This document shows positions 1 to 16,386 of a stretch of 64,000 bases of DNA, one piece after another (position 1 is the stretch's first letter; each line of letters begins with the position of its first letter). Location of the stretch: the NCBI GenBank assembly GCA_045837725.1, contig JBEWZL010000198.1, forward strand, positions 62,001 through 126,000, read 5' to 3'. The DNA is from Vermamoeba vermiformis. Its lineage: Eukaryota. The position numbers and the translations under genes were made by a program. The notes below the pieces were generated by a model. That model did no database searches. It was not told where the DNA came from and saw nothing but the letters and a program-made list of their open reading frames with translations.

Positions 1-3000
1 GCGTGCTTCTCTCCAACCAGCTCGCACATCATTATTTCGAGCAATCTAGTGTACGTATACATACTCATTGGTAATTTTACTGATATTGTTTAGTGGTGAG
101 CTAATCAAGTGGGACATTCGTAACAAAAACAAACAGACTAAGTTTGCCAATGGCCACTCTCGGCCAATCTTTAACATCGCCACGTGCTTACATAATGGCT
201 TCTCAAATCTATATACTGTCTCAATGGATCGAGCTGTAAGTGTGCTTTCGGCACAACACGCACAGCTAACATTCACTATAGATCATCATGTGGGACGAGA
301 AGTCTCGACAAAAAGTCTGGGACGTGAGTTCTATGGGTGGATTCGTGTACTCCATTGACATCAACCCAACGGATCCAGCCCGGCTAGTCGCAGCAATCGG
401 CGACAACACGATCAGAGTGTGCAATCTGAATTACACCGAGAAGTACGTTTAAACGGTAAATATAACGGACTACTAACACTAGTTTAGAACAGAACACATG
501 CGCGAACCTCACCAAACGCACACAATATGGAAAGGTCTACAATCAAAGGTCACGGTTGTAAGTTAAACTGAGGCCTTATTTTGTGCGTTGTCTGATTCAA
601 TTATCAAAGGTGCGGTGGCATCCCGAGGATATGAGCACGTTTGCTTACGGCACAGACGATGGACGCATTGGCTTGTGCAAGATAGACACCAATCAGCCAA
701 TGTTGTTCCAGAGCTATCACAAGCGCACTGTCTATGAAATCGAGTTTGGACCTGCCCCTCCTGCACACGTGTTAGAAGCTCTCAAGACCAAGTCAGGATT
801 CTATGTCCGATTGTTGGACTGTTACTAACTGCTGTTACTTAGAGAGAAGAAGCAACAAGACACGTCAAGTGAAGCTGAACCTGAAAAGCCGGCAAATTAC
901 AGTCACTTGTACACATGTGGAGGTGATGGTCAAATACTGGTGTTCAACAACAAGAACTCGCGAGGAAACCCGATTAACATTAACGACATTATAACGCGCG
1001 TCAACCCAAACATTGGCGAGGTGTTGTCGAAGAACAAGAGCGAAAAGATACAATTTCCACAACGCAGCGAGTTTGCGTGGAAGAAAGACTTCTCATTGTT
1101 AGCCATTGGCAACGTTGACGGCTCCGTTGAGTTGTACGACGGACAGTTCAAATTTCTGAAGCAATTCAAAGACCACATCAAACTTATCAATCGTATTCGG
1201 TGGCACGAGCCTATTGAAGGAGAAGGTACTAACATCACTTTAACACCGGCATATTGTTAACTTTCACTAGGCAATGCTCGCTGGTCGCACGTCTTCGCAT
1301 CAGCCTCCAGTGACTTTACAGTGCAAGTGTACGATGTGACCTCGTTAACGAGCGCACAAGGTGAGTCTTACACAAAGACTGAACACATCGGTGCTGCAAG
1401 TAGTGAGATCCTCGCAACTCTTAAGGGGCACAAGAACAGCGTCGTCGATCTATCGTGGAGTATTCATGAGCCACATTTATTAGCCTCATGCTCATACGAT
1501 GGTTCTATTCAAGTTTGGGACGTACTCCAAGCCAAGCCATTGCACATTATGCGTGGTCATTTTGGCAAAGCACTGACAATTTCGTGGAGTCACGTCAAAG
1601 CACCAATCATTTACTCGGGTGGTGAAGATCAAACAATACGCAGGTGGAACATCCTGCAATTCAACGCTGAAGTTGATACAACTCCGTCGACCAAAGCCAA
1701 AGTTAAGCCTAAAAGTGCAAAGGCACATCAAGCTGCACAAGAGAGCCAACCTCAAGAAGTCGAGCAGACCAACTCAACTCCAAGCACACCGACTAAAGTT
1801 GTGGCGCAGCAACAACAAGAGCCCATCAGTATTGTATCGACGAGCAAGACCACCAAGAAGACGAAGAGCAAGTCACTGTTCACCAGCTTTGATCCAAATC
1901 ACGACACGAGGCTGCAAGCGCACTCAAGCACACTATTGTTCGCACAAAATCTCGCGGGTGACACTGAGCACAATATTGAGCTGCACGGCTTGACTCAAGA
2001 GCACGTGGCCACAGTTAATGGACTCTTCGAGACAACCAAGAACATTGAGTCCTTTGTACATAGTGAAGGTAACGTCCATGCCAAATATGCAGCCAGTATT
2101 AACTGTTAACATTAATAGAAAAGACACATCAACAAGCTAGTAACTGGGATCCATATCTCGTGCTCGAGTTGTGGCAAGGCAACAGTGTCGAAGCATTCAA
2201 AACAGTTGTGCAGCAGAATATCCTCAACGAGTCGTGGCTGGCCCTCAGTCCTATGAGTACGCACTACCTATATAGTCCGATACAACCTATTAACAAGCGA
2301 TGAATAGGTGGTGCTGAAGTGTGGCGACAAATGAACGTCGTGTTCGCCAAGCACTTGGAAGCAGAAGGTGAAATTCATCGTGCCGTGCTTCATTTACTCG
2401 CGATCAATCACATCGAGGAGGCCATTAAGACCTATCAACGAAACGCCTTATTTGCGTAAGTCGAGCATTCTCCTCATAGCTATATCTAACGTCAATAGTG
2501 ACGCGATTGCCCTCGCTCGATTGAGACTTCATTCCCAACATCCACTGATAACAACCATTTACTTGGACTGGGCCCGGCATTTGGAAGAGAGAATCATGTT
2601 TGAACACGCTGCTAAATGGTAAATATTGATTGAATGAAAATGCACCTCTAACAGCTGTACAGTTATCTCGCCATCAACGAGTGGTCTAAGGCCGTTCAAG
2701 CCATGGCACGACGAGGTGACCTGCTTGCAATCAAAGGTGCGTGGCAGTTGTGTCGCTATTTGCTGCAAATTAACGAGTCTGATGAACTGCAACAAATCGA
2801 ACACGATCTGCGCGAGAAACTGTTCTTGTTGTACATCACCTCGGAGTTTGAAGGCAACCTTGACTTCGTGCTACTCAAGGCCTTGTTGCTAGAAAATGAT
2901 CGACTGCAATACGGTCTAATTGTATTGATTACTTGGTTGGCACTACTGCGGTCTATTGTAAGTATTAAGCGTCGTGAACTGCTTGTTAACGATTGTGTAG

Positions 3001-4139
3001 AACGAAGACTATGGAGTCGGTCAGATTGGAGCATTTTTTGAAGTCTTTGGTGTATCTGATGAGGCACTCCAACTGGACAAACATCACCCGACACGTAAGT
3101 CAAGCCTCATCCGTACTTAAAAGGAACTAATCCTCGTTAGTGTTTAAATTCTTAAATGACTACACTGGCCCTGAAGCCGTGTCAATCGCTTCAGAACTCA
3201 CCAACGCAAAATTGCCGACAAACAGTCTAGTCAACAACGTGAACTTCGTCTCTTTGTTTGACTCTGTCGACCCCTTCACTGATGTGAATAGAGCTGCTGC
3301 TGCGGGAAAGTTCTATGGCACGTGGTGCAGTCTGTACAGCGCACTTGTCAAGGGCAAGCTGATCGATCTTTCGTTGCTTCAAGCCACGCACATGAATATA
3401 TCTAACGCTAATGACACGTTGAGTAGATTGCAAGGCTCTGCTAAGGTAATAGTATTATTCAAATCAATCATTCTCTGCTAACAATCTTCTTTAGAAAGGT
3501 GATGAGATGCTGCTCTTCGCACAATTCGTGCTGTCATTGGTGACGAATGACGTGCCCGAGAACAAGCACATACCACAGGCCTATAAGGCGTGTTCAGTCG
3601 CTGTACAAGCACTAGTTTTAGCGCTTCACGCACTGTATTACACGTCGCTCAACAAGAGGTCTTACCGCTTATCAGCTTTGACACGTGTCATCATGCCAAC
3701 ACTGTCACTCGACGCCCAAAAGATATCACAGAATGAACAGTGCAACGTGGCACTAGCTCAAGATCTAGTCGACAGTCTAATGGCCTATTCGTGCTTCAAT
3801 CAACTGTTCTGGATCGTGCATCAGTTCCGAGAGCGCAAGACAGAGCCCGAACAGAAAGAACTATTAGAAGAATACAAGGAAAAGTTAGATGCAATCAAGC
3901 TAAAGCTACTCAGCGATCATCACAATCAAGTGTCTGCCTTGGATTCGCAGATGGGTGAGCTGTTGAAGTCGATTCGTCTGGCAGAGGAGCAACAAGACGC
4001 AGAACGAGTTGAAACACTGAAAGTGCAAGAGAAATTACTCGAAAAGAAGTTGTCGCTAATCAAACAACACGTACTTTTGCTGCCGTTCCCGGATTGGACA
4101 GACACAAACAAATTGCTCGCTGTACTTGTGACGAAATAA
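1..4139 (+). CDS. GEMIN5: Gemin5-like WD40-repeat protein (5'-partial, multi-exon)
   Basis: Many WD repeats across exons (GHSRPIFNI, IWKGLQSKVT, VRWHPEDMSTFAYGTDDGRIG, GHKNSVVDLSWS...ASCSYDGSIQVWD). These are followed by a TPR-like segment (DAIALARLRL, FEHAAKCYLA) typical of Gemin5, then a coiled-coil C-terminus. Stop at 4137-4139. Confidence 0.75.
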
Positions 4140-4315
4140 ACAACTCCATTGTATTAATATGTCGTATTATATTATTTGAACCTTTGTTCGTGTTGAAGAG
4201 TTTATCCGCGTGTTAAGAAGTAATTTTCCATTTTTAGTGCGTGCTCTTGCAACAACCACAAGACGAGATTATCATTGTAACACGTCTTGATTTATTATTG
4301 TATATACAACCAAAT

Positions 4316-5908
4316 ATGTCCAATTTTAAACCAGCCACAGTTGTATTCTCGTTGCCTGGCTCGTCGTCAAGCAATAAATTTGACAAACCACTAGGTAACC
4401 GTTTGGCACAAGAAATTAGCCAAATCAAATCTGATAATAAATTCTAATAAAAGATATTAGTTAATAACGCTAAATAATTAATAAAATAACTTCAGGAATA
4501 ATTTATTATTTTTTGCTAATTTTTTTTATTTTCCCAGATGAGCTGATAAAACAGGACGGCAATAGACCTGCTGATATTAAAGTAAAAAAACAGGTAAAAT
4601 ATATTTGCAGTTTAAGAAGTTTTAGCTCCATTTCTACACGAAGATCCACGTTATGAAAAATACCGAATTTTTATTTATCTCGCCTATTGTCACCTCCATC
4701 AAATCTGATTATATTCGCTGCCACTAGAACAAACGATTGGACCTTAAAGGAGTAGTCCAAAAGAACGTCAAAGAGAACACAAAGAGCAAACCAGCGCGAG
4801 CACTCAATGCGACGAAGAGCGAGAACAATCCACGACTGAACAAACGCGCGGAGGACAAAAAAGGACGACCAAGACCCGTGTTGTATGTATTAGAGACATA
4901 GTGGTAGACTTATATGAGTACGTGTTATTAATATAACGTTGTAGTATCGTGCCTCCTCAGAAAGACGAGCCACACAACAAAGGCGGAGTGAAATTTAACA
5001 GACCGAACAACAACAACAATCACACTGACGAGAAGGTCAAAATTGTCGTCAAGAACGATCAGTTTGGCAAACAAAAAGAAACTAAAAAGAAGTACGTCAA
5101 CCTCGACACTTTCGAGTAATTTTTTCACGGTGTCAAACCAAGATATTTTTCACGGGTACTAATGACACTGGCAACAGGGACACTGAACCTAAAGAGCGCA
5201 TTCGAATCAGAGTGAATCGAACGGACGATGAGATGGTGGACAGCGATGGAGACCGCGACAATGGCTCACCACTGCGAGCACGACACAGCGACAAAAAACG
5301 ACGTCGATCACGTGACCGCAGCGAGAGTGACAGCGACGAGGAGCACAGACATCGTCGACGACCGTATTCAGTGAACCAAGTGCAGCCCTCGCCGATGTAC
5401 ATGCAGCCGCAGTACAGTGTGCCCATGGCCCCCGCACCTGTCGCACCAATGCCGCGCATGTACGGCGCACCTGCTCCTGGTCCTCAGGGCGTGTTTCAGA
5501 ACATTTTGCACTCTATTCTCAAACAAAATATTGATGAGCGACTTAACGTAAGCCAAACCACAAGCAATTGCTTTATTTTGAAATTTCAGACCGGATCTGT
5601 TTTTATTTGATCCGAATTACTCCGCAGAATGAGAGTGAATTTCTATCCATAATGAATCATATTATTAATCGCCTTCTTGCCAGCAAACTGGTCTGCCTCC
5701 CCCACCACAGCCGACAATGCCAGTGCGCACTTACGGCTACAATTACCCAGCCGCCGCTCAGCCTGTCATGGAAGAGCCCATGCAGCCTTTGTTCGCGGAC
5801 AATGACCGGTCTGGTGGCTTGACATTGAGTCAGAGGTTCGGCTCTTCATCGTCTAGCAAGTCTTCTTCGTCTTCGGGCACCTCAAAGATTACGGTCCGTT
5901 TACACTAA
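4316..5908 (+). CDS. Basic/low-complexity protein with UAP56-binding-motif-like N-terminus (possible mRNA export adaptor)
   Basis: Exon 1 (4316-4394) spliced to the exon near 4538 gives FDKPLDELIK. Later exons encode Lys-rich, RS/RD-rich and Pro/Met/Tyr-rich tracts and a C-terminal GLTLSQRFG motif. Confidence 0.5.
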
Positions 5909-6250
5909 CGCGATCTCGAAATAAAAAGAATAGGTTGAGGAAGAATAGACGAAGCACTGTACCTTGTAGAATTATTAAATGTAATTGATCAAGCGCTTGA
6001 AGCCGGAAATAGAAAACAATTTGGATCACATCTCTTTCTTTGGACAACTATTTGAGTATCTCGAGTCAATTCTGGAATTAAAGAGATGATGGAATGTTTG
6101 AACGAATCATGATAGAAAGAGCACTCTATTATGCGAACTCTGAGCCCTGGTTCATGAACAAATATCGTTTCCAGGTCTGATCTTCGAATTTTCTTTTGTT
6201 ATTATTGCTAGCGCCGTTGAAACAACACACGAGGACGTTAAAGCAAGCCC

Positions 6251-7547
6251 ATGATGAGCAAGGTAAAGGGCGTTAATGCTGGAACAGCAGCCAACGAATT
6301 CATGAATTTGAACAACCCCGAAGAAAGGAAGCTCAAGAAAGATCTGCTCAAATCTAAATACACCAAAGCCAAACGTGTGCAAGAAGTGCTCTCGCTGATT
6401 GGTTTTGTCATAATATTTGGCATTTGTGTCTATAGAATCATTGTGCATTACCCGACTCAAGATTGGTGGTTATTGCCTGCGAGTCTATTAGTCGGCACGC
6501 TTGGCGCTGATTTCTTCTCGGGTCTTGTTCATTGGCTGGCTGATACTTGGGGCACGCTCGAGACACCAATATTCGGTACGTTTGAATAATTTATTTTTTG
6601 GATCTTACGCTGGATGTTTAAATTGAAAAATTTCTCAAAACCAACCTTTTCTTCAAATATGATTCGCCCTCGTTTATATAAAATATTTACTAATTTCGGT
6701 TATGTTGATTAAATATTTCTAAAATTCGATTATGGAACGGTTTGCTCGCGTGGGCAAACGCGCCCAATCCGAACCAATTTTCACGACTTTATAATATTGG
6801 TGAAATAATTATTGCGGCTAATAATTAATTATAAAGGTCCGACCTTTATTCGATCATTCCGAGAACATCACATTGAACCCACGGAAATGACTCGACATGA
6901 TCTGATCGAAACCAACGGAGATAATGCTTTGGTGACATTAGGCATTTTATATTTATGCTCTGTTAAAGGTAATCATAATCTCATTCTCAGATTTGCTTAA
7001 ATAACAGAGGAATTAATACTTTTACCAGAACTGTATCACGAAGATGGATCGAGGAATTTGTTGCACTATTTTACTATGACCTCGTGGACTGTTATTTGTT
7101 TCTGGACACTGCTCACCAATCAAATTCACAAATGGTCTCATACTTACAAGCCGCCAGCACTTGTCATTATGGCTCAAAATTGCGGTCTGATCTTGTCTCG
7201 CAAGAACCACGGTGTCCACCACAGACCTCCTTTTGACAAGTACTACTGCATCACTAATGGCTGGCTCAACCCTGTACTCGCGTACATTGTAAGTACTCGT
7301 GGCAAACAATATTCAGCAGCCGTGCCGTTGTGTTTTATGACCGTGTCACCGCGTGTCAAATGCCCGATTGTGTTGCTAACGGAGGTTCAAACAGGACTTT
7401 TGGCGTCGTCTTGAAGCCGTAGTGACATTCGTGACAGGCTACGTGCCGCGCGAAGACGATCACCGCTGGACTGGTCTGTTGCCGAGTCCTGAAGTGGTTG
7501 TTAAAGCAGCGAAAGAGCGTGGCACATCACTCAGCGGCCATCAGTAA
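6251..7547 (+). CDS. PEDS1: Plasmanylethanolamine desaturase (TMEM189/CarF family)
   Basis: ADFFSGLVHWLADTWG, FIRSFREHH, TNQIHKWSH and HGVHHRPPFDKYYCITNGWLN motifs; three GT-AG introns; TAA at 7545-7547. Confidence 0.92.
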
Positions 7548-7746
7548 AGTGACTTGACACTCACAACACGTGTAATGTATTTATGTTTATATTTCCTTTT
7601 CAAAGATAAAGTTGTATGCTATTAACCAAGTTGACACTTGGCCGGACAGATCCGCTCCCCTTGAAGCGGATGGAAAAATATGTTTTGCGCAAGGTCGTAG
7701 TTCTTTTAACTATGACTTTATTTATACATTAGTAACCACTTTTGGC

Positions 7747-10458
7747 TTAATCATCTTCTCCATTGACGTGATTCTTGATCAACTCTACCAGCTCTTGTTT
7801 CTTCAACTTTGACGTGCCTTTAATACCTTTCCACGCAATGTAGTCTTTAAGTTCATCAATCTTCAGCGAGGAGATCTGTGCAAAGAGGTAAGCTTTGGGA
7901 ACGTAATAACGAAGAAGAATTGCACGTACATCACCACTAGCGACCAATTGTTGCCAATTTCGTTCAGCAGCACCACTGCCGTCACGTTTTTGTCTCTTAG
8001 GCGAGGGACCTGTTTCATCATCGTCCTCCTGCGATAGAATTTTAGCAACATGAAGCAAGACATCGATTTCAACACGTACTCTTGGTCGTTTGCGTGACAC
8101 TTTAGGCGTCTTTTGTTTGGGTGTCTTCTTCGGGTCTGGATCGTAGCCGTCAGGCAGCACAGAGGTCTTGAAGTCTGTAATCAACTCTTCGTACTAGATA
8201 GAGACGTCATTAGATTTGATTTCGACATGTGACACGTGTCAAACAGCGTACCTTGGACATGCCTTCCTCGTCAGGCACGACGTAATCAGGTGTCTCTTCA
8301 GTGGTCTCGCGGTCGAGTGCCAAGGCCTGCAAGTTGGCGTAATGGCGCTGCAGTGACGGGTTCTCAAAGTTTCTGCTGTCAAATCGAATGCGCAATGTCT
8401 TCACGAGTCTCTTTGCCTTGCCAATCTGATCGTTGTCGGCTTTAGGCTGCGCTTCGAATCGCAGTGATCGAATGTCATCTGCAAATGGCAACAAAATCAC
8501 GTGCATGCCTGGCGGCGTGACTTGAATGCCTTCTTTGTCCAGCTCTTCTTTTTGCGGCAACAACGCGATGAACTTTGGTGGACTGCTCGTCTTGGTCATG
8601 CGACAAATGGCGATTTTATCCGCGGCCAACATGCGGTCGAGCAACGCTGAGAACGCGACAGTACTGCCTTTGATTGCCTAAAAAGGAAATATTTAGCGCC
8701 GAGCTGACACGTGCTAACAGTTATCAATGACCGTACGTATTCATCGGGGTAAATAAAGCTGGCGTGTTTGATGTTGTAGTAGTCTTTGATCGTGCTGCGC
8801 GGCTTGAAGCCCATCAAATGGAACGACGACTTCTCGCACAGTTTGATCTTTTGAATCTCTTCTTTGTCGAAGAAGACACGCTCCCCTCCGTACGTGTATG
8901 AATTGCGGATCTGCGTGTCGAGCAACATGCTGCCAGTGTCCTCGCAGATGTACTTGGTCATCACTTTCAACTGCTGATTGGTCCGCGAGTCCAGCCACAC
9001 GTACCCGCCCTTCTTGGTCTCTTGCACTAAATTGTATCTGGTTTCCAAATATGGTAAGTCACGTGACTGACGATCAACAGGGACCAATTCTTTTGACTTA
9101 CAATCTGACAGCAATCTCGATGTCTTTGCCGATCATCATTGACATGCGACCGATCGATCTCTTTTTGAATTCTTTTCTTCGGACACGTGCGCGCAATTCT
9201 TCGAATTTGGCTGCAGCATCGAAGTTAGGCTTGCCTGTGTCATCTTCTTCAGCAACTGTAATAATGTCCTAATGTCGTATAATATTTATTATATTGTCTT
9301 ATATGAATACTATTATGTATACTCACGTGATAGAACAATGTCGGGTCAAATTGACTGTTCACTTTGTTCATTGAAAACAACTCAATTTCAATGCCCAACT
9401 CGGCCAAGTCCTAAAAAGGAAATATCACATTAACCAATTGCAAACATTACCGATAACTTTGCAATAATTTTTACCTTAGCTCGTTGAATGCTCTGATTTC
9501 TTAAGTGAGCATTGGCCACGTTTGGATTGTCATCATTCGTGAACAAGAAAATACGTTTGTGACCGACTTTAACGGTACTATTCGATAGTTAGTGATGCTA
9601 TTATACTAATTATAACGTCTATGATCGATGACTAACCAATTCGAGAACATGGTCGAACAGGCCCACAACGCGTCACAAAATGGAAATTCTTCGTCAGTGT
9701 GGCCAAAGTCTTTGCTGAAATCATTGTCTAATGGCATTATTAGAATATACTATATATGTATAATTAGATGTTTCGTACTTAGTAGTGTTTCTAAGTCTAT
9801 AATCTTCTGCGCGTCAGGTACATCCAGATCTGAAAACACGAACACGTGGTTGAAATCGTTCGAATTATTTTTCTCGCGCTATTAATGATAAAATTAATAT
9901 ACTAGTACCACATATTATTGCTAGTGTTCGCTTACGGTTCCATAAAAGGCAATACCGAGCAAATCACTGTCGCTCGAAATGATCTTATCTGTTAATGTTG
10001 CAATGGCGCACTTGACCGCGTTAACGAATGGAATTTCACCCGAATCATTTTCTTCGAACATGGACTTCTGCGCATCGATCAAGAAGATGATGCTGTCTCT
10101 GTTCATCCAGTAGGGAAACTACAAACGCGAAGAAAATAAGGTTAATATTACCGTGTGCATGGTTATTTGTATTTGAGTTATATTATTCGTAGAATTTAAG
10201 TGTTAGTAAAGCGTGAGTATTTTGGCGGTAAAGTAAAATTCGAGAAAATTACGAAATTAAATAGAGAAAAAATAGGAGGCTGCTAATTATGAAATCCTCG
10301 ATAGATATTTATAAAATAAAATAGGGGAATTAAAGTAATTAAATTTAGTCGATGTCGTTGGTAAAGGATCAACCGCGTAAAAATCATACCTCTGAATCTT
10401 CTTCATTCGCTTCAAAGTTGCCTTCATTATCATCGTCCTCGAATAGATTATCCCACAT
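7747..10458 (-). CDS. XRCC6: Ku70 DNA end-binding subunit
   Basis: vWA start RDSIIFLIDA, KRIFLFTNDDNP, core HLMGFKP/FIYPDE/FENPSLQRHY and a C-terminal SAP domain (LKIDELKDYI...KKQELVELIK). ATG at 10458. Confidence 0.95.
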
Positions 10459-10562
10459 TTTGATTATAGACTTTTAAACTGATTTGTGGTTGCAGATCGA
10501 GCACAAAAAATAAAATAAGGAAGTTTCTTTGGATCTGTTCATTTGCACTGACATCAACACGA

Positions 10563-12071
<1,509 letters not shown>

Positions 12072-12140
12072 AAATAAACCAAAATTTTTAATAATTTATT
12101 ATGTACAATTATCGCATTAATATTAAGAGTAGACTTTGTC

Positions 12141-13773
12141 TTATTCCAAAACCTCGAAGTAATGTCTTCGAGACCAATAATAATAATAGAAAGAATAAAT
12201 AATCGCTGTTATTAACAAGATGGCCATTGCGGTCGCACAAGCCGTCAAAAGAATGATAGAAATTCTCTAAAATAACAATAAATATGAGTACGATACTATA
12301 GAAATTAACATCAAATGTCAGCTTACGATGAACAGTGGATACTGGGCTCGATTAAATCTGCACGGAGAACACGTGGTGCAACATTGATCGTTCTGTAATT
12401 AAGAGGTTCATTAATATACCTCTTAATATAGGTATGATAGGCCCTCGAGTACGTACACTTTGCGATGAACATCCAATGTTAGCACACCAATAGCAGCCTT
12501 GTTGGGCCAAGCAATCTGAGCACCCAACTAATTGTTCACATTTGGGCTCTGAAAACAACAGTAAGAACAATAATAATACTAATATAGTACGATTATATAC
12601 GTACGTTCAGTGCACGTGACTTGCTTCCAATCAGCAGCGTGACACGTGTCAGTGTTGTTCAGATAAGTTGGACCGGCAACACTGCCCTTCAAACAGCTCG
12701 ACATTGATGGACACCAGCCACAGTTCTTTTGCAGCAAACAAGCTTGACAGTCCGTGCCGAGCTCATAGCAAGTATCTACATCACAGTGAATAGATTGTCT
12801 TCACAAACATGTTTGAGTTGGCTTACCTTCACACGTCGCAAGTTTCAGTTTTGGACATTCACTCGTAGAGGCCAGATTTTGTCCCAATTCAACGGCGCGT
12901 TGTTTGCGGTCACCAGTGACACGTGTACATGTGCTGGTAGTGTCGCACCAGCCACACATCAGACTTTTGTCTTGCAAACAGTCGCGACAAGTGGTGTGTT
13001 CCGCGCACTCAAGCACACCTAGACCACACGACATTAGCATATGAATAATATAATACTAGTGTAGGTGCTTACTATTGCACAGATCAGCACTCCAAGTCCA
13101 GGTTGAGCATTGTCCTGTGCTAGGACCGTTGACACCACCACCGACACAACTCTGCATTGTACTTCAGTTAGATACCACCTTATTGAAATTATGTTTATAA
13201 TAAAATATGTACGTACAGTCACGCCGCCCATTTTGCACCAGCCGCAGCCTGGTTGTTTGGTGCAGGCATAACAGTCGCTAAATTTAGGGCACGCAGTTCC
13301 AGGCGCTATAGTAACAAGTTTAATTAGCGTCGGTTGAGGGAATTCTTTTAATTAAATTGCATTACCAGCACACGTGGTATTAGTGCCATAAAGCCAAATT
13401 GGGCACGATAGTGTATCGCCTTTAGGACCGGTCTGGAATAAAAATGGTGTAAGGATCAATAACTGCCAAAAAAAAGGAATAAAATTGTAATAATTTATAT
13501 TATTATATGCAGTAGATATTGATTGTATAAGACCTTAATAATACTAAATACGAAAAATAGAAATTAAATATCCAAAATATTCGAATGCAGGTATGTTACC
13601 GTAGTGCCAGACAAACAATAGCCATCACACCAACCACATCCATCAACAGCTAGGCATTGCTCGCAATTTGTGTGAAACAAACAACGATCTTGATCGGCTG
13701 CGATCAGGTGTGCCAATCCGAGGCACAGCGTTAAAAATAATACAATCTTCTGCTCGTAACGATATACAACCAT
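12141..13773 (-). CDS. Type I membrane protein with tandem cysteine-rich PSI-like repeats
   Basis: Signal peptide, repeated C-x2-C-x5-CGWC units (CEQCLAVDGCGWC, CRDCLQDKSLMCGWC, CSDCLAQQGCYWC), C-terminal TM helix and short tail ending RHYFEVLE*. Confidence 0.75.
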
Positions 13774-13906
13774 GATCTCTAGTACATTTGTGGTGTTTCG
13801 TTTAGATCTAACAGACGTGATTATCAAAGCACGGAAAATTAGACCGAAAACTGTCATGGTCAATATTAATTATTTATACCAGCCCTAGCAACACAGCTCG
13901 CACATC

Positions 13907-15876
13907 ATGGCCGATATAGAAATCACGGCCCGTGACTTGAAGAATCCGGGTAAGTCCCGAACTCTTCAGGTCAACAAATCTATGGCTATGGAGGATCTGC
14001 GAAATCTTGTCAGGCAAGCAGATCCTGCGTGGAACCAAGAGTACCTTAGTCTTTATTTGGAAGATGAACAACAGCGCCTTCCTTTATCATTCGTTAGCGA
14101 GCTTAAAGACGGAGATTTGCTTATGGTCGAAGCGATCAACAAAGACGCGGCACCAAGTATGTTTATGGATTGTGCACGATATATTTTAATATTTTGGCAC
14201 TACATTATGCGAAATTATCACTTAAATCGCTCAAATACTGCATTATTTAATATTGATTTTATTTTCAACGTTTATTTTTTTGTCGGTCAAAAATTTCAGC
14301 AACGAGGTCGATTATCCATTAGTTATTGAATACTTTCATTGCTAATATATTCAGAAATATTAATTATTATCCGAACGCACGGGATCTGACCAAAATTTCA
14401 AAATCCGTCATAATGCGGAAATCACAATCAAAATCTCGCTCATACGCATTCATTTACTAACCACTACATTATCTATAGTTGTTGTTGATGAATTCTGGCC
14501 CTACAGACACCGCCATCAAACTGTGGGCTCGCTGCTGATTGTGATCGGCACTCTGCTGCTGGTCGGCGGCCTGTTGTGGGCCTACAAAGCCACGAACAAC
14601 ACTTGGTGGATTCTCGGCAACCCTCCTGAGCGCAATCCTACCGACTATCCCTATCCATTCTGGGTGTTCATGGGCACTTATTTCGCTATTGGTTATTTAT
14701 GTACGTGATCCAAACACGACTCGAAATTGCAACAACTATTTCTTAAATTTAATTAATATAACGATTAACGTAATTATGCTAATAACATTATATTATAGCC
14801 ATTATGGTTGTTGTAAATAGAACTTTGCCGTGGATCCGCGTGCTGTATTTCACTTTTGTCATTTCATTGGCTGGCTGGTTAGCACGTAAGTTATAGCAAC
14901 AATATTCGTACTCAACAATAGTATAATTAACGAGAAACACCACTTAGTAATGGTTATTGTAATTATCAACTATTGGACAACCGATCCTGTCGTTGGCATT
15001 ACAGATCCGTTAGAACAATGCAAAAAAGAGTTTGCAGTCTACAAGAACTTTATCTTTGCAGTCATGTTGTTCCCGATGCATTTAGTCATTGGCTCAGCTC
15101 TGTATTTCCCTCTCTTGGGCTTCTACTTGCACGACACGCAGATGCACCAGAAGCTCGTGCAGGACAAGCAGTCCAATGCTGACTTGAACAGAGATCGCAT
15201 CAAGCGTTACAAGGCCGTGTTGATGGTCTTCAGCATTCTCTGCTTGCTCGCGGCCATTGTCTTCTTGGCTGTCGCTCTCGGTCTCTACTACTATTTCATC
15301 GCTGAGCCCTACAACATGTGGTACCAGCCGTGGATCTATTGGGTCAATGCCGGTGCCTTCTTGCTCTTGGGCATATTTGGCGTCGTTAATTTTGCCAAGT
15401 CTACTCCCGCTTGGGCTCGTACTTGGATCGGTATCATCATCGGTTTCGCTTGCTTGCAAGTCGGATGTAAGCCTCCGTTAGAGGATATAATAGTGCACAT
15501 ATATTAACCTTGTCGTCCTCACAGGCATGGTCGGTCTTGTGGCCCAGTTCTCATCTGGCTATTCTGACGTGCCCGATGACAAGTTGACACTTTACAACAA
15601 CTCGTTCATCGTCACCGTGCTCGGCTTCCCCATCATCATTTTGATTGTTGGCCCTATGTTGTTCACTATTGGCTTTATGTTCTTCCGTGAAGTGAAGGAA
15701 TTCACTCGTGCTGGATCCGGTTACGGTACGCACTTAAGATATTCAACCACTTGTTCTCTGATACTAACATATCTCTAGGCGAGGAATTGACTGTCTACGG
15801 AAATCCTGATGAGCCCGTCAGACCTCGTCGTGAGCGCGAGATTGTGTCGCCTTGGAAGATTATGAAGATCATCTAA
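13907..15876 (+). CDS. Multi-pass membrane protein with N-terminal ubiquitin-like/PB1-like domain
   Basis: Exon 1 encodes a small beta-grasp-like soluble domain. Later exons encode roughly 7-8 hydrophobic helices. Canonical introns; TAA at 15874-15876. Confidence 0.6.
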
Positions 15877-16386
15877 AATACTCGTGACTAACGAATCGAA
15901 TCTTTATTTATTGTTCACTTAGCTCTCGTAGCAAGTGATGTTTAATATATTGATAACAATATTAATAAATTATAATTAGTTTGAACGCTTGTTGAAGAAT
16001 TCATTTCAACGGTTTCCCGAGCATATAAGCACAGGTTATCAGAACTTAAACGAGATTCTGCTTGCACCTTTTTCGAATTTACAGACTGGTTTGTTATCAC
16101 ATTACGTATTTGTGAGTTCAGTTGCTGTTCGGGTACGAATCCGGTATCGTCACTTTTGGAAGGTAGATTTCCCGCTAATTACCCAGCTTCGCTCAGTTAA
16201 TTTCGCAGTTTTTCTCGAGAAATTGTACGGGCATGAAATTTTTATGTGACCTGGCGTCACCTAGTGTTCCTCTTTTTTTAAGGTTCCCAAGTTCTGAAGA
16301 GAGAACCCTATTTAGGCTAGAAGACCGTTGATTTTCTTTTTTAATTTCCGAATAGAACAGACAACAACAGAACCCTCGAATAGAAG

